A stretch of 64,000 nt of DNA from Candidatus Saccharimonadales bacterium (GCA_039930145.1 JBDSPW010000007.1:22383-86382), one strand, 5' to 3'. Positions 52,670 to 62,309 are shown, counted from the stretch's first letter. Notes: generated by a model from the sequence alone, not told the origin. Program-made: numbers and translations.

Positions 52670-53713
52670 CTACGGAATGATTTGGCCGGTAGCGTCCCAG
52701 ACATTGCCAGACCAGGTCGTGATCGGGTCGTCGCTGCTCACCGGTCCCCACATGGCATACCCATTTGGTGCCGAGCCATACCAACGATTGTTGACTACTG
52801 ATATATTGGTATACCTATTGGTGGGATGGTCTGTCGAGCGTACGACATACAAAGTGTAACTTCCGCCACCAATCCAGTTGCCGCGAATGTCGACATTGTC
52901 GATGTTACTGTTTTCGGTTGTCAGGTTAATAGCGCCGGTGTCACCCAGCCAATTTCCACTTACATCCTGCATGAGTATATTGTTGCCCCAGACTTTGGTA
53001 TTGTTGCCCCAATAGATTTCGATGCCATCGAAGTGTGGGCTAGGGTCGACGCTTTCAAATTTATCCATGTAGTTTGCCTGAATGGTCATGTTGTCACCCC
53101 CTGTAATCATGTTGTCAAAACCATGAATATAATTACCGCAAATAAAGACATTATTTAATGTGATACCGGTATAAAAACCACTCGGTGAATATATTTCATT
53201 ATTGATGATTTTTGTCCCAGTCGGGTCAATATCACTAAATATCGCCCAGTAGCCTCCGCTGGTATGGATTTTGCTATTTTTGATTGTCACATTGTTTGCA
53301 TTCACTTTAATACTTCCCGTAACGTCCTTGCCGTCAATAACAGTTCCCGGTGTGGTGACGGTAATAGTTCCACTCGCCGATAGTGTGGTACCGGCAGGCA
53401 CGCCCGTGTTCGCGGCAGTTGGTTTGACGCTTGGAAGCGCTGGAGATGTACTACAAAAATCGGTTCCACCAGAAACAACAGGCGCTGCAAACTTCACTGC
53501 TTGACCACCAGAAGCGGTCGCATCTGCAACCTGCTTGGCCTGCGTACTTTTAGTGCCAGATTCCGCTTCACCCGAAACAACTGAGCCGGCGGCATGCGTA
53601 AATAGCATAAAGCTGCCGACAGCAACTATGGCAATCATTGGCAAAGTAGCCACTTGTAATTCTTTTTTGTGGTTTGTGTAGAAGACGGCGATACGGGTTC
53701 GAATATCCATCAA
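52670..53713 (-). CDS. Membrane-anchored right-handed parallel beta-helix protein (paralogue C)
   Basis: TM anchor, the shared module AAGSVVSGEAESGTKSTQAKQVADATASGGQAVKFAAPVV, and repeats IKNSKIHTSG, IINNEIYS, ICGNYIHG, VWGNNILM, IRGNWIGGGSY and VVNNRWYG. Confidence 0.65.
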   Translation of the reverse strand: MMDIRTRIAVFYTNHKKELQVATLPMIAIVAVGSFMLFTHAAGSVVSGEAESGTKSTQAKQVADATASGGQAVKFAAPVVSGGTDFCSTSPALPSVKPTAANTGVPAGTTLSASGTITVTTPGTVIDGKDVTGSIKVNANNVTIKNSKIHTSGGYWAIFSDIDPTGTKIINNEIYSPSGFYTGITLNNVFICGNYIHGFDNMITGGDNMTIQANYMDKFESVDPSPHFDGIEIYWGNNTKVWGNNILMQDVSGNWLGDTGAINLTTENSNIDNVDIRGNWIGGGSYTLYVVRSTDHPTNRYTNISVVNNRWYGSAPNGYAMWGPVSSDDPITTWSGNVWDATGQIIP

Positions 53714-53825
53714 AAACTGCTTACTCTATCCGTTAGACTGGCCTATATTAATAGTGATTATAGCCATAAATGTTTTACTACGATAGAGGGTGTGCTATTT
53801 AGCACAGCGCACATTGTGCCACCGC

Positions 53826-53854
53826 TTTACAAACCCATGCCTGCTCCCTATAAT
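53826..53854 (+). promoter_or_regulatory. Sigma70-like promoter for rpsT (TTTACA, 17-nt spacer, TATAAT)
   Basis: TTTACA at 53826-53831 and TATAAT at 53849-53854. Confidence 0.55.
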
Positions 53855-53897
53855 TCATTGTCGAGATTACTACTAAATTAAAAGGATAAATCCTCAA

Positions 53898-54284
53898 ATG
53901 CCAATCATCAAATCTGCTAAGAAGCGGGTCAAAACTTCAAACAAAGCCGCTGTTCGTAACAGCAAGACTAAGCGCACATTAAAAAGCGCTCTAAAGGCAT
54001 TCGCTAAGAAAGCCTCTCCAAAATCACACAGCGCCGCACAGAGTAACGTCGACAAAGCCGTTAAAAAGGGTGTGATGCACAAGAATAAAGCCGCACGTAT
54101 CAAGAAGCAGCTTGCTGCTAAGGCTAAGGCCGATGGTGTTAAGCACACTGGCACCAAAAAAGCTGCCGCAAAGCCAGCTGTTAAGAAGGCTGCACCTGTT
54201 AAAAAAGCAGCCGCAAAAGCGCCTGCTAAAAAGCCCGTAGCCAAAAAGGCTCCCGCTAAAAAAGCCGCACCTAAGAAAAAATAA
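53898..54284 (+). CDS. rpsT: 30S ribosomal protein S20 with a Lys/Ala-rich C-terminal extension
   Basis: MPIIKSAKKRVKTSNKAAVRNSKTKRTLKSALKAF, then the tail ...KKAAAKPAVKKAAPVKKAAAKAPAKKPVAKKAPAKKAAPKKK. Confidence 0.9.
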   Translation: MPIIKSAKKRVKTSNKAAVRNSKTKRTLKSALKAFAKKASPKSHSAAQSNVDKAVKKGVMHKNKAARIKKQLAAKAKADGVKHTGTKKAAAKPAVKKAAPVKKAAAKAPAKKPVAKKAPAKKAAPKKK

Positions 54285-54449
54285 TCTTTCTTGTAGCCAA
54301 CAATTACCGCTCTTCTGGGGCGGTTTTTTGTTTCCCTGGAATTGTCTATATCCTGATGGCCCAAAAATCAGGTCCATACTTTTGTTGAGCCCTGCATTTC
54401 ACATGTTCCCTCTGGCGAGAACCGGCCAGTTACTTTTCTCTTAAAAGCA

Positions 54450-54865
54450 AAGTAACCAAAAGTTCAAGCCCGGCTCTCCCTGTTCTCGTGTCTAAGTTGT
54501 AAAGCCTGACAACCCATGCAAGAACTCCTCATTACGGTATGCCACCGGCATACCTACAATCGTCAGACACCTTGCATCGCCTGACGGAAGTTGTCAGTTT
54601 TACAGAACATGTCCGCCGGGAACGTCCGAGAGGGCCAAAAGCTACCACTGCGTTCGCCGGTGGCGAACCATTAATGAATAGAAGCCCGCGGCTTATCTGC
54701 TGTTAGTGGCCTTAGAGGCAGGCTTCCCGGCTAGGCTGTTGTAATCGAACAATATATAAGCGAGACGTGTTTGAGCCCGTCGCAATGGGCGAGTTGTCGA
54801 GTGCATTGTTCGGATTGACAACAGTATACCGAGATAGACTGACTAGGCCTTGAACTTTTGCATAC
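54450..54865 (-). ncRNA. rnpB: Candidate RNase P RNA (type-A-like, atypical architecture); boundaries approximate
   Basis: Minus-strand blocks occur in the expected order: AUAAGCCGCGGGCUUCUAU (P4 5' strand-like, 54697-54681); GUAAAACUGAC..GUCAG..GCAAGG; the hairpin AGGUAUGCC-GGU-GGCAUACC carrying a GGU motif; and CUUAGACACGAGAACAGGGAGAGCCGGGCUU (J2/4 plus P4 3' strand-like, about 54495-54466). A 12-bp terminal helix CAAAAGUUCAAG (54860-54849) / CUUGAACUUUUG (54468-54457) closes the molecule. No covariance model was run. Confidence 0.45.
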
Positions 54866-54913
54866 TTTTGGTTCAAGCCAAAAGTATGAACTTGGTTCTT
54901 GGTTGCAAGAACA
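54846..54913. repeat. 68-bp repeat, copy 2 (67/68 identical to 48115-48182)
   Basis: It differs from copy 1 at a single position (ggtTgcaag versus ggtCgcaag). It overlaps the proposed 5' end of the rnpB candidate. Confidence 0.9.
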
Positions 54914-54941
54914 CGAGGTGGGTTCCCACCGAGGGAACAAA

Positions 54942-55856
54942 TTAAAGTTCCAGTAAATACAGCTGCAGGGCTTCGTCCATGTCGATTGCTTCCCGACGGG
55001 CACGCTTATCAATATCCAACAGCTCTGCAACGTAGCGTTTTATGTCGGCACGGTTGAGTTTGCGGGCCACGTTCTGGCTTTTTTTGACGGTGTACGGGCT
55101 GACTTTGGCCTCGCGCGCAATCTCGTCCGCCGAACGGTCGCCGGCATAGACTAGTAAGGCCAAAATATGCAGTTGCCAGGTAAGCATGGCGATGATGGCG
55201 AGCGGGTCGACCTTTTGGGCTCGTTGTTCTTCGTATAGATGGATGGCCCGCTTTTTGTTACCAGCAAAGGCTGCATCGAGCAGTTGGAATATCGTGCTCT
55301 GCACCGTCGGGTCGGTTAGCAGATTAATCGTGTCCTTGGTAATTTCAGATTTATATAGCAGCAACTTTTCGAGTTCGTGCGACAACAGCTGCTGATCGTT
55401 ACCGACACGTTCCACCAGATAACTGGCATCAGCCGCCCTGAGCTGACCGCCTCGCTCTTTGACAGCATCGATGAGCCAATGGGCCAGTGCTCGCTCGTCG
55501 AGCGGCGGAAAGTCACGGAAATCTGTAGCCTTCTTGAGATATTTGTAATACGTAAGACGTTTATCTAATTTTTGTTCAACGATAATGACATCGGTTGCTT
55601 CACTGACATTACTGAGCACTTTTTCGACTTCTTCGGTAAATTGTTTGTTGTTACCGGGGTTACGGAGCACCACTAATTTTTTACTCGCCAGAAACGGTGC
55701 CGACTGCACGGCCTCGTTAATACGCGCAACATCGGCTGATTCACCATCTAGTTGCTCGAGCGCCATGTCGCCATGTTCTGCTACAAACTCAGTAACGAAC
55801 TTTTTTAAAGTCGTAGCCAGCCCAAACCAGTTCTCTCCCGTGAGCGTAATAACCAT
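54942..55856 (-). CDS. holA: DNA polymerase III delta subunit
   Basis: 304 aa with the typical HolA N-terminal pattern (...INEAVQSAPFLASKKLVVLRNPG...) and a helical C-domain. Confidence 0.8.
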   Translation of the reverse strand: MVITLTGENWFGLATTLKKFVTEFVAEHGDMALEQLDGESADVARINEAVQSAPFLASKKLVVLRNPGNNKQFTEEVEKVLSNVSEATDVIIVEQKLDKRLTYYKYLKKATDFRDFPPLDERALAHWLIDAVKERGGQLRAADASYLVERVGNDQQLLSHELEKLLLYKSEITKDTINLLTDPTVQSTIFQLLDAAFAGNKKRAIHLYEEQRAQKVDPLAIIAMLTWQLHILALLVYAGDRSADEIAREAKVSPYTVKKSQNVARKLNRADIKRYVAELLDIDKRARREAIDMDEALQLYLLEL

Positions 55857-55939
55857 TCCCTCTATTATACGGGATGAACCCTTGTTAAATATTCGTTAGC
55901 CGTTAGCTGGCAAAATATGGTACAAACAGTGGTAGACTT

Positions 55940-58117
55940 ATGAGCCCTAGTTTAATTATTGTTTCAAATCGCCTGCCGGTGAGCGTCAAAAAAACCGACG
56001 ACAAGCTGGAGTTCTACCCCAGTATCGGTGGCCTCGCCACCGGCCTCGCAAGTTATGCAACCAATAAGCGCAATAAATGGATTGGCTGGCCAGGTGTTGC
56101 CAGCGAAGAAGTGACCGACGCCGAGAAACAAGAGATTACGGCGGAACTCCGCAAGCACAATTGTTATCCTGTATTTCTCACGCGTAAGCAAGTGGGTGAG
56201 TACTATAACGGCTACAGCAACAGCATCCTGTGGCCCCTGTTTCATGACGTCCATGTCTCGGCGACAGTGCTAAAAAACCAAGACGAATACTGGAAAGCTT
56301 ACCGCAAAGTAAACGCAGCTTTTGCCGACGCAACATTGGCGCTCAGTACCAAAGGCAGCCGCATTTGGGTGCATGACTACCAGCTGCTACTTTTGCCCGC
56401 CCTGCTACGCAAAGAACGTCCCGATGACAAAATCGGTTTCTTTTTGCACATTCCTTTTCCTGCTCACAAAGCGTTTACTGGGCTACGTGACGGTGAGGCG
56501 CTTTTGGCGGGAATGCTCGGTGCTGACCTGCTCGGTTTCCACACCAAAAATTATGTGCAGGACTTTTTAGATAGTTGTAGCCACTACGATGTCGGTGTTA
56601 TCGGTAATAAAGAAGTCATCTTGCAGGGTCGCGTGGCACGCGTTACTGATTTCCCGATGGGCATAGATTATGAAAAATATGTGCGTGCCAGCAAAGCCAG
56701 GGCCGTAAAGAACGAGCTGACAAAGTTCCGCCTAAAATACCTCGGCATGAAGGTAATCTTGACCGTCGACCGGCTCGATCCTACGAAAGGTCTGGTTGAA
56801 CGTGCGGCAGCGTACAAAGAGTTCTTGGTGCAGAACCCCCGGCTGCGTGGCAAAGTTGTGATGGTGATGTTGGCGGTACCGTCACGCACCGATATCGACG
56901 AGTACAAAAAACTGCGCATTAAGCTCGAGGCATTAGTCGAGGAGATTAATGCGACATTTGGCAATCGACACTGGCAACCAATCGATTACTTGTACCAATC
57001 AATGCCGTTCGAGCAGTTGGCAGCACTGTATCAACGCGCCGACGTGGCATTTATCGTACCCCTTCGCGATGGCATGAACCTCGTCGCCAAAGAGTACCTG
57101 GCTAGTAAGCCCAAGCGAAACGGCGTACTCGTGCTGAGTAAAACAGCCGGTGCCGCCCAAGAGCTCAAGGATGCCATTCAGGTAGACCCGAGCAAACCAC
57201 ACACCCTCGTAAATGGGCTAACCCGTGCACTCACTATGCCCGAAAAAGAATTAAAAGCCCGTGTCGGTAGTATGCAAGATTTGCTGGCAACTTCGACTGT
57301 CCAAAACTGGGCGGGTGGGTTTATCAAATCACTCAAGCAGCCACAAGGACTCGAGGCCATCCGTACGCCTTCACTTAATCCCGCTCGACGTAGAGCCTTG
57401 GTTGCTGCTTTCCGAGCGGCCGACAGCCGCGTGTTATTTCTGGATTACGACGGCGTGCTCACCCCATTTAATGACAACCCTAGCAAGGCAAAGCCGAGCA
57501 AAGAGCTACTATCGATCCTGAAAAAACTCACGCCTAGAACAAAAGTTGTTATCGTCAGCGGCCGTAGCCACACCGATCTGCAAGAATGGCTGGGAGATCT
57601 GCCCGTGTCCCTCATTGCCGAACACGGTGCTTACACCCGTGAGTCCGGCAAGAAACGCTGGGTGCGCGCCGACAACGACCTATCCTGGAAAGACCAAGTA
57701 CTTCTTACCCTCGAAAAGTACGCCGCCAACACTCCTGGTGGGTTTGTAGAAGAAAAAGAATTTTCACTGGTCTGGCATTATCGCCGGGCTAGTACGTACT
57801 ACGCTCAAAAGCATCTGGTAATCTTAAAAAAACTGCTGGCACCAGTTGCAAAAAGACATGACTTGAGCGTTCAACAAGGTAACATGATCCTCGAGGTCCG
57901 ACCGCAAAATATCCATAAGGGCGCAGCAACCGCCAAACAGCTCAAAGAACATACGGAATTTATCCTGGCAATCGGTGACGATTTTACCGACGAAGATATG
58001 TTCTCATCGATGCCCGCCCGGGCCTACACTATAAAAGTGGGTCGTGGCCGCACGGCTGCCCGCTACCGCGCCAACAATGTCGCCGATGTGCTCGAACTAC
58101 TCAAAAAACTACACTGA
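55940..58117 (+). CDS. otsAB: Bifunctional trehalose-6-phosphate synthase (GT20) / trehalose-6-phosphate phosphatase fusion
   Basis: OtsA motifs [12 protein letters not shown] and [17 protein letters not shown]-type TPP motifs [12 protein letters not shown] and [10 protein letters not shown]. Length is 725 aa. Confidence 0.88.
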   Translation: MSPSLIIVSNRLPVSVKKTDDKLEFYPSIGGLATGLASYATNKRNKWIGWPGVASEEVTDAEKQEITAELRKHNCYPVFLTRKQVGEYYNGYSNSILWPLFHDVHVSATVLKNQDEYWKAYRKVNAAFADATLALSTKGSRIWVHDYQLLLLPALLRKERPDDKIGFFLHIPFPAHKAFTGLRDGEALLAGMLGADLLGFHTKNYVQDFLDSCSHYDVGVIGNKEVILQGRVARVTDFPMGIDYEKYVRASKARAVKNELTKFRLKYLGMKVILTVDRLDPTKGLVERAAAYKEFLVQNPRLRGKVVMVMLAVPSRTDIDEYKKLRIKLEALVEEINATFGNRHWQPIDYLYQSMPFEQLAALYQRADVAFIVPLRDGMNLVAKEYLASKPKRNGVLVLSKTAGAAQELKDAIQVDPSKPHTLVNGLTRALTMPEKELKARVGSMQDLLATSTVQNWAGGFIKSLKQPQGLEAIRTPSLNPARRRALVAAFRAADSRVLFLDYDGVLTPFNDNPSKAKPSKELLSILKKLTPRTKVVIVSGRSHTDLQEWLGDLPVSLIAEHGAYTRESGKKRWVRADNDLSWKDQVLLTLEKYAANTPGGFVEEKEFSLVWHYRRASTYYAQKHLVILKKLLAPVAKRHDLSVQQGNMILEVRPQNIHKGAATAKQLKEHTEFILAIGDDFTDEDMFSSMPARAYTIKVGRGRTAARYRANNVADVLELLKKLH

Positions 58118-58167
58118 ACCCGGGCCATATCTTTGCTCGTAACAGAGATAAAGATATGACGCGGGGT

Positions 58168-59034
58168 CTACTTTTGGCAATACGGACACAGGTGGGTGCC
58201 GCGCCCGGCAACGCGTGTTTTTTCGATTATGGTACCGCAGCGTGGGCATGGCTGCCCCTCGCGACGAAAGACATTGGCGAAGCTCATATAACTTCCCTTT
58301 TTACCTTCAGCATCGACGTAGGTGTGGTTCGATGAGCCACCTTTTGCAATGCTGAGTTTTAGCACGTCGACAAGTGCACGATGCAAATCCTTAAACTGCG
58401 CGTCAGTCAGGTTTTTTACGAGTGTACTCGGGTGCACTTTGGCGCCCCATAGACTTTCATCGGCATAGATGTTGCCTACGCCCGCAATGACGGATTGATC
58501 GAGCACTGCAGCTTTGATATTGGTGTTTTTGCGCCTCAGCAAGCGCTCTTTCATAAGCTGCCAGGTAAAATCGGCTTCAAGCGGCTCGGGCCCAACACGC
58601 TTCATAAAATCGATGTTTGGCACTTCAACAGTCGGCAACAGTCGCATCCAACCAAACTTTCGTTGGTCGTTAAAGAATAGTTTACTGCCATCTTTGAACG
58701 TCAGATCGACCCGGGTCGATTTATCGGGTAACTGATTAACGAGCGAGCCGCTCGGATGCCCCGCTCCAAAATGTACTTCTGGGCTATGAAACACCAGCTG
58801 GCCGGTCATTTTTAGATGTATCACCAGTGTGTAATCACTCGATAGATCAATAAGTAACACTTTCGCACGACGGCGCACATCGGTTACTTGGGCGCCGACT
58901 AAAAATTGCTCGACGTCTTCGGGAGCATTTGGAAAGCTTTTGGGGGTATCGTGCGAGACAGCAGCAAACTGCCGATTGGGCAGTAGTCGCGCCAGGCCAC
59001 TACGGACCGTCTCAACCTCTGGGAGTTCTGGCAT
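58168..59034 (-). CDS. mutM: Formamidopyrimidine-DNA glycosylase (start at MPELPEV, 59034)
   Basis: MPELPEVETVRSGL N-terminus and a C-terminal Zn finger CPRCGTIIEKTRVAGRGTHLCPYCQ. Confidence 0.9.
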   Translation of the reverse strand: MPELPEVETVRSGLARLLPNRQFAAVSHDTPKSFPNAPEDVEQFLVGAQVTDVRRRAKVLLIDLSSDYTLVIHLKMTGQLVFHSPEVHFGAGHPSGSLVNQLPDKSTRVDLTFKDGSKLFFNDQRKFGWMRLLPTVEVPNIDFMKRVGPEPLEADFTWQLMKERLLRRKNTNIKAAVLDQSVIAGVGNIYADESLWGAKVHPSTLVKNLTDAQFKDLHRALVDVLKLSIAKGGSSNHTYVDAEGKKGSYMSFANVFRREGQPCPRCGTIIEKTRVAGRGTHLCPYCQK

Positions 59035-59054
59035 GCACCTATTATACTGGGGTG

Positions 59055-59294
59055 ATGGCCAATTCACTGTTTGATATCTTAAAAGACAAAAATTTCGACG
59101 AACCTGCCGAGAGTATTGCCATTAAAAAATATGTTTTCGACAACTTTAAAGAACAAGTAGCCGTGACCGTACGTGAGCGCGATATTATCATCGAAGCACC
59201 GAGTGCTGCCCTGGCTGGCACACTCCGTATGCACCAGATCCAAATGAAAAAAGCCGCCTCTACGGAGAAGCGACTTATCTTACGTATTCGCTAG
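59055..59294 (+). CDS. Small DUF721/DciA-like protein (start at the internal ATG 59055)
   Basis: The 79-aa product MANSLFDILKDKNF...VAVTVRERDIIIEAPSAALAGTLRMHQIQMKK... resembles the DUF721 pattern. The ORF-track 5' extension overlaps mutM. Confidence 0.35.
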   Translation: MANSLFDILKDKNFDEPAESIAIKKYVFDNFKEQVAVTVRERDIIIEAPSAALAGTLRMHQIQMKKAASTEKRLILRIR

Positions 59295-59298
59295 GAAT

Positions 59299-59859
59299 TT
59301 AGAAACCGCTCGGGCTTGCTAGCTCGTCGTAATCAGGGATTTGCTGCTGAAACAGTGTACGGGTCAGCTCGCCCATCCCCTTGTAGGTGCCATCGCGGCC
59401 ACACGAAGTGTTCCAGAAACGACGAACTTCTTTGCCATTATCCTTAAGCTGATACACGTAGCGCACACCAGTTGCACAATACCCGCGCTCATCTTTAAGA
59501 CTGTCACCGGTGTTACCGACGGTAAAACCAGCATGCTTGAGTGCTAGGATGAAATTGGCGTAAGAGTTTTCGTTGGTGGCGTATGACTTGCTGTCTTCGA
59601 TCTGGCCTTCGTAGCCCTTGATAAGCTCAGCTGTTGCCCGATTTTCATCAACGGTAATGTGAATACTGTGGTGCGTTTGGTCGGCAGAAACAGGACCATC
59701 GATAGTCAAACTTACCTCTGAGGAATTAGTGATGTAATCGGCCAGATCAATCGCCTTTGGGCCAACTGTCGAGCCGCCGCCGGCGCGCACGATTAATACA
59801 ATCACCAAGATGATGAGTGCAATGATGCCTAAAAAGCCGATGAGGTAACGTAAATTCAT
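59299..59859 (-). CDS. N-terminally anchored hypothetical protein
   Basis: 186 aa with the TM helix LIGFLGIIALIILVIVLIV. Confidence 0.5.
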   Translation of the reverse strand: MNLRYLIGFLGIIALIILVIVLIVRAGGGSTVGPKAIDLADYITNSSEVSLTIDGPVSADQTHHSIHITVDENRATAELIKGYEGQIEDSKSYATNENSYANFILALKHAGFTVGNTGDSLKDERGYCATGVRYVYQLKDNGKEVRRFWNTSCGRDGTYKGMGELTRTLFQQQIPDYDELASPSGF

Positions 59860-59916
59860 AAGATTTTGTCTCTAACAGCCATATAATAGCATATTAGAGG
59901 CGTAATTGCAATAAGT

Positions 59917-60492
59917 TTAAGCTTCTTGCAACAGGGGCGAAAGATCAGCTTGTAGTTGCTTGAACGATGTATATACCAACGCTTGCATCCCTACTTCGCG
60001 GGCAGCGCTACAGTATCGTTCTTGATCATCAATAAAAATGCACTCCTGTGGATCAACCCCAAGCTGGTCGGCAATCATCTGGTAGGCACGCAAATCGGGT
60101 TTCACAAACCCAGTTTGATAGCTGAGTGAAACAGCGTCAAAAAGTTTAACTTGGGCCTCGGTAAAGAGTTTATCGAGCCAATTTGCGCCAGCATTGCTGA
60201 GGAGTCCCAATTTATAGTTCGGCTTCAGGTCGCGGGCAATGTATTCGAATAGTTCTTCGTCGGCTACATTATCTTCGATAGCTTTATGCGCTTCGCGACG
60301 TGGTACCTGGGCAAGCTGTGCAATTGACGATATAAATTCTTCATAACTGGCCAGCCCGGCATCGACTTGCTTGTTCAAATCAGTGGCTTCGGCTTCGAGC
60401 TTTGCGTTATCGCTAAAATATTTGCGCTTGAATGGCAGCCAGCCATCTGTGGTTAAGACCCCAAAGCAATCAAAAATAACCGCACGTATCAT
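59917..60492 (-). CDS. HAD-superfamily hydrolase
   Basis: MIRAVIFDCFGVL (DxD/F motif I), LLSNAG, and FIDDQERY motif IV-like. Confidence 0.8.
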   Translation of the reverse strand: MIRAVIFDCFGVLTTDGWLPFKRKYFSDNAKLEAEATDLNKQVDAGLASYEEFISSIAQLAQVPRREAHKAIEDNVADEELFEYIARDLKPNYKLGLLSNAGANWLDKLFTEAQVKLFDAVSLSYQTGFVKPDLRAYQMIADQLGVDPQECIFIDDQERYCSAAREVGMQALVYTSFKQLQADLSPLLQEA

Positions 60493-60547
60493 TCTCTTAT
60501 TGTAATGCCCCTAGGCAGAATCTGCAGCAGCGATTACAATTTCATGC

Positions 60548-61027
60548 ATGAGACTCCGCTACGAAACCGGCACCGCTACCCTTATTCAGTTTGCGGCCGT
60601 GACTATATTGGCCTTTATCAACCAGATGACATCTATCATCACGACATGCGTTAAGCACGATGGCGACTGCGTCAGTAACTCGCTCGTGTCCCTGATACTA
60701 GTAATACTCGTTGCTATTTGGTTAGGCTTTATCTCGGCACTCGGCTATGCCGCGCAGGACAAGCGCAGCAAACGCCTGGCACAATTCCTTATAGGTGCCG
60801 AGGGTTTTAACCTGCTCATTTCCCTGTTCAATGCTAAGCACTTTCCTAACACATTGGGGCTTATTACCAGTGTCATCGACTTAGCACTTGCAGCCTGGGT
60901 TATCTTGCTGGCTTGGCGCCTCATGCGTGCCAATGGCGGCCGTATCGTTGCAGCTGGCCCACGCCCTCACGCATCATCGCGAACACGCAAACGCCCGATT
61001 CTTACCGAGCCAAAAGACCGTCTGTAA
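60548..61027 (+). CDS. Polytopic membrane protein of unknown function
   Basis: 159 aa with four hydrophobic segments. Confidence 0.5.
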   Translation: MRLRYETGTATLIQFAAVTILAFINQMTSIITTCVKHDGDCVSNSLVSLILVILVAIWLGFISALGYAAQDKRSKRLAQFLIGAEGFNLLISLFNAKHFPNTLGLITSVIDLALAAWVILLAWRLMRANGGRIVAAGPRPHASSRTRKRPILTEPKDRL

Positions 61028-61427
61028 ACTCTTTGGGATACTTTTCTTTGAGTCGTTCCGGAAGTTCCGAGCGATCGACCCATTCATAATCAGTGTGCTC
61101 GTCGCTTAATTGTATGCTCTCACTATCTGGGATTTTTAACTCGTAGGCCATCAGCACCAAGCCAATGGTTCCAAGTTCATCAAAATGCATTTCAAAATTC
61201 GATATACAACCGGAATGGAATTTGATGTTCGAGACCTCGGCTATACCGATTTCTTCTTCGATTTCGCGCCGTAAGGCCTCGTCGGGGGTTTGCGTGTCTT
61301 CAATCCGCCCACCGGGCAAATCCCAATGTGCGTCATGAAAGCCCTTGGCAGCCTTGAGTAGCAAAATTTTGCCCTCGCTATCTGTTACGAGCGCCTTTAC
61401 TCCAACTTGATAGAGCATGTGTGCCAT
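61002..61427 (-). CDS. NUDIX hydrolase
   Basis: Nudix box GGRIEDTQTPDEALRREIEEEIG. Confidence 0.88.
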   Translation of the reverse strand: MAHMLYQVGVKALVTDSEGKILLLKAAKGFHDAHWDLPGGRIEDTQTPDEALRREIEEEIGIAEVSNIKFHSGCISNFEMHFDELGTIGLVLMAYELKIPDSESIQLSDEHTDYEWVDRSELPERLKEKYPKEFTDGLLAR

Positions 61428-61681
61428 TAGTTACAGAAAGAGCTAGTTAGCGCATTTTGGTCAGCATTGTCGCAAAGCTGCGACTTTATATCGAGTTTTT
61501 GCTGGGTGCTTGTCTCGATATTAGTTATTTTTGTGTTCACATCGTGCGTAAAGGTCACGACCTTCCAGGCAATGAACCCTAAAATTACTAACGTCGTAAT
61601 CATGAGTAGCGTGAAGAAGCCAAGCATCACCTTGATAGCGCGGAGTTGACGATTAATTTTGCGAGCTAGTTTTTCATCCAT
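61427..61681 (-). CDS. Small single-TM protein
   Basis: 84 aa. Its stop overlaps the NUDIX start. Confidence 0.45.
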   Translation of the reverse strand: MDEKLARKINRQLRAIKVMLGFFTLLMITTLVILGFIAWKVVTFTHDVNTKITNIETSTQQKLDIKSQLCDNADQNALTSSFCN

Positions 61682-61724
61682 AACTTATTTCCTGTTAGAT
61701 ATAGCTATGGTACAGGAAACGAGG

Positions 61725-61937
61725 CTAAAGTGGTCGATTAAAGGGTGGCATACTGCCACGTAGTGCTAAATATCCGGCCGCGGGAAGCATTGAATACGGG
61801 AAGTTAGCGTCATGTTCCAGATGAGCAATACCACCTGACACATCCAAAATGTCTATGCCTATAGCGTGTGCCTCGGCACGATCGAGCACATTATCAAGAT
61901 TATCCTCATCATCTGGAGTTCGCTGTAACGTTTCCAT
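61725..61937 (-). CDS. Hypothetical small protein
   Basis: 70-aa ORF. Confidence 0.35.
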   Translation of the reverse strand: METLQRTPDDEDNLDNVLDRAEAHAIGIDILDVSGGIAHLEHDANFPYSMLPAAGYLALRGSMPPFNRPL

Positions 61938-62063
61938 AGTTATACCCCCTTTATCTAGTCTTACTCATCCGAGAGACCAGATAATTGGAAGTACACGCGT
62001 CTCTGTGCGTCTTGTATTATTATGGCGCGCAAGTAGTAAAAGGTCTGTAATAATGCTTACGCG

Positions 62064-62309
62064 TTAGCCGTGAAACTCTTCGGACCCTTGCTGAACAGGA
62101 GGAGCAATTGTGTGTGCTACCGAATGCTGGCCTGCTTCTTTGGCGGCATCTGTGAGGCGAAGTTCTTGCTCTTTGCCACCTGTGGTTTGTTCAGTCGAAA
62201 TATCTGCTGGGTTCGATGTTTCATTGTTGAGACCCGGTGAACCTATTAATGCCCTGCCCCGGTGCCGCGGATTAAGTAATCGTCGTCGGGCTTTTTCTGG
62301 TCCATTCAT
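62064..62309 (-). CDS. Hypothetical small protein
   Basis: 81-aa ORF with a low-complexity, polar composition. Confidence 0.35.
   Translation of the reverse strand: MNGPEKARRRLLNPRHRGRALIGSPGLNNETSNPADISTEQTTGGKEQELRLTDAAKEAGQHSVAHTIAPPVQQGSEEFHG

Noticed and set aside
54450-54720. Plus-strand orientation for the RNase P RNA candidate
   Set aside because: The P4-like strands are nearly palindromic, so both strands show AAGCCCGG/CCGCGGCUU-type motifs. On the plus strand, however, the GUAAA/GCAAG block would lie only about 35 nt after P4 and about 190 nt before the 3' P4 strand, the reverse of the known architecture. The minus strand keeps the block order.
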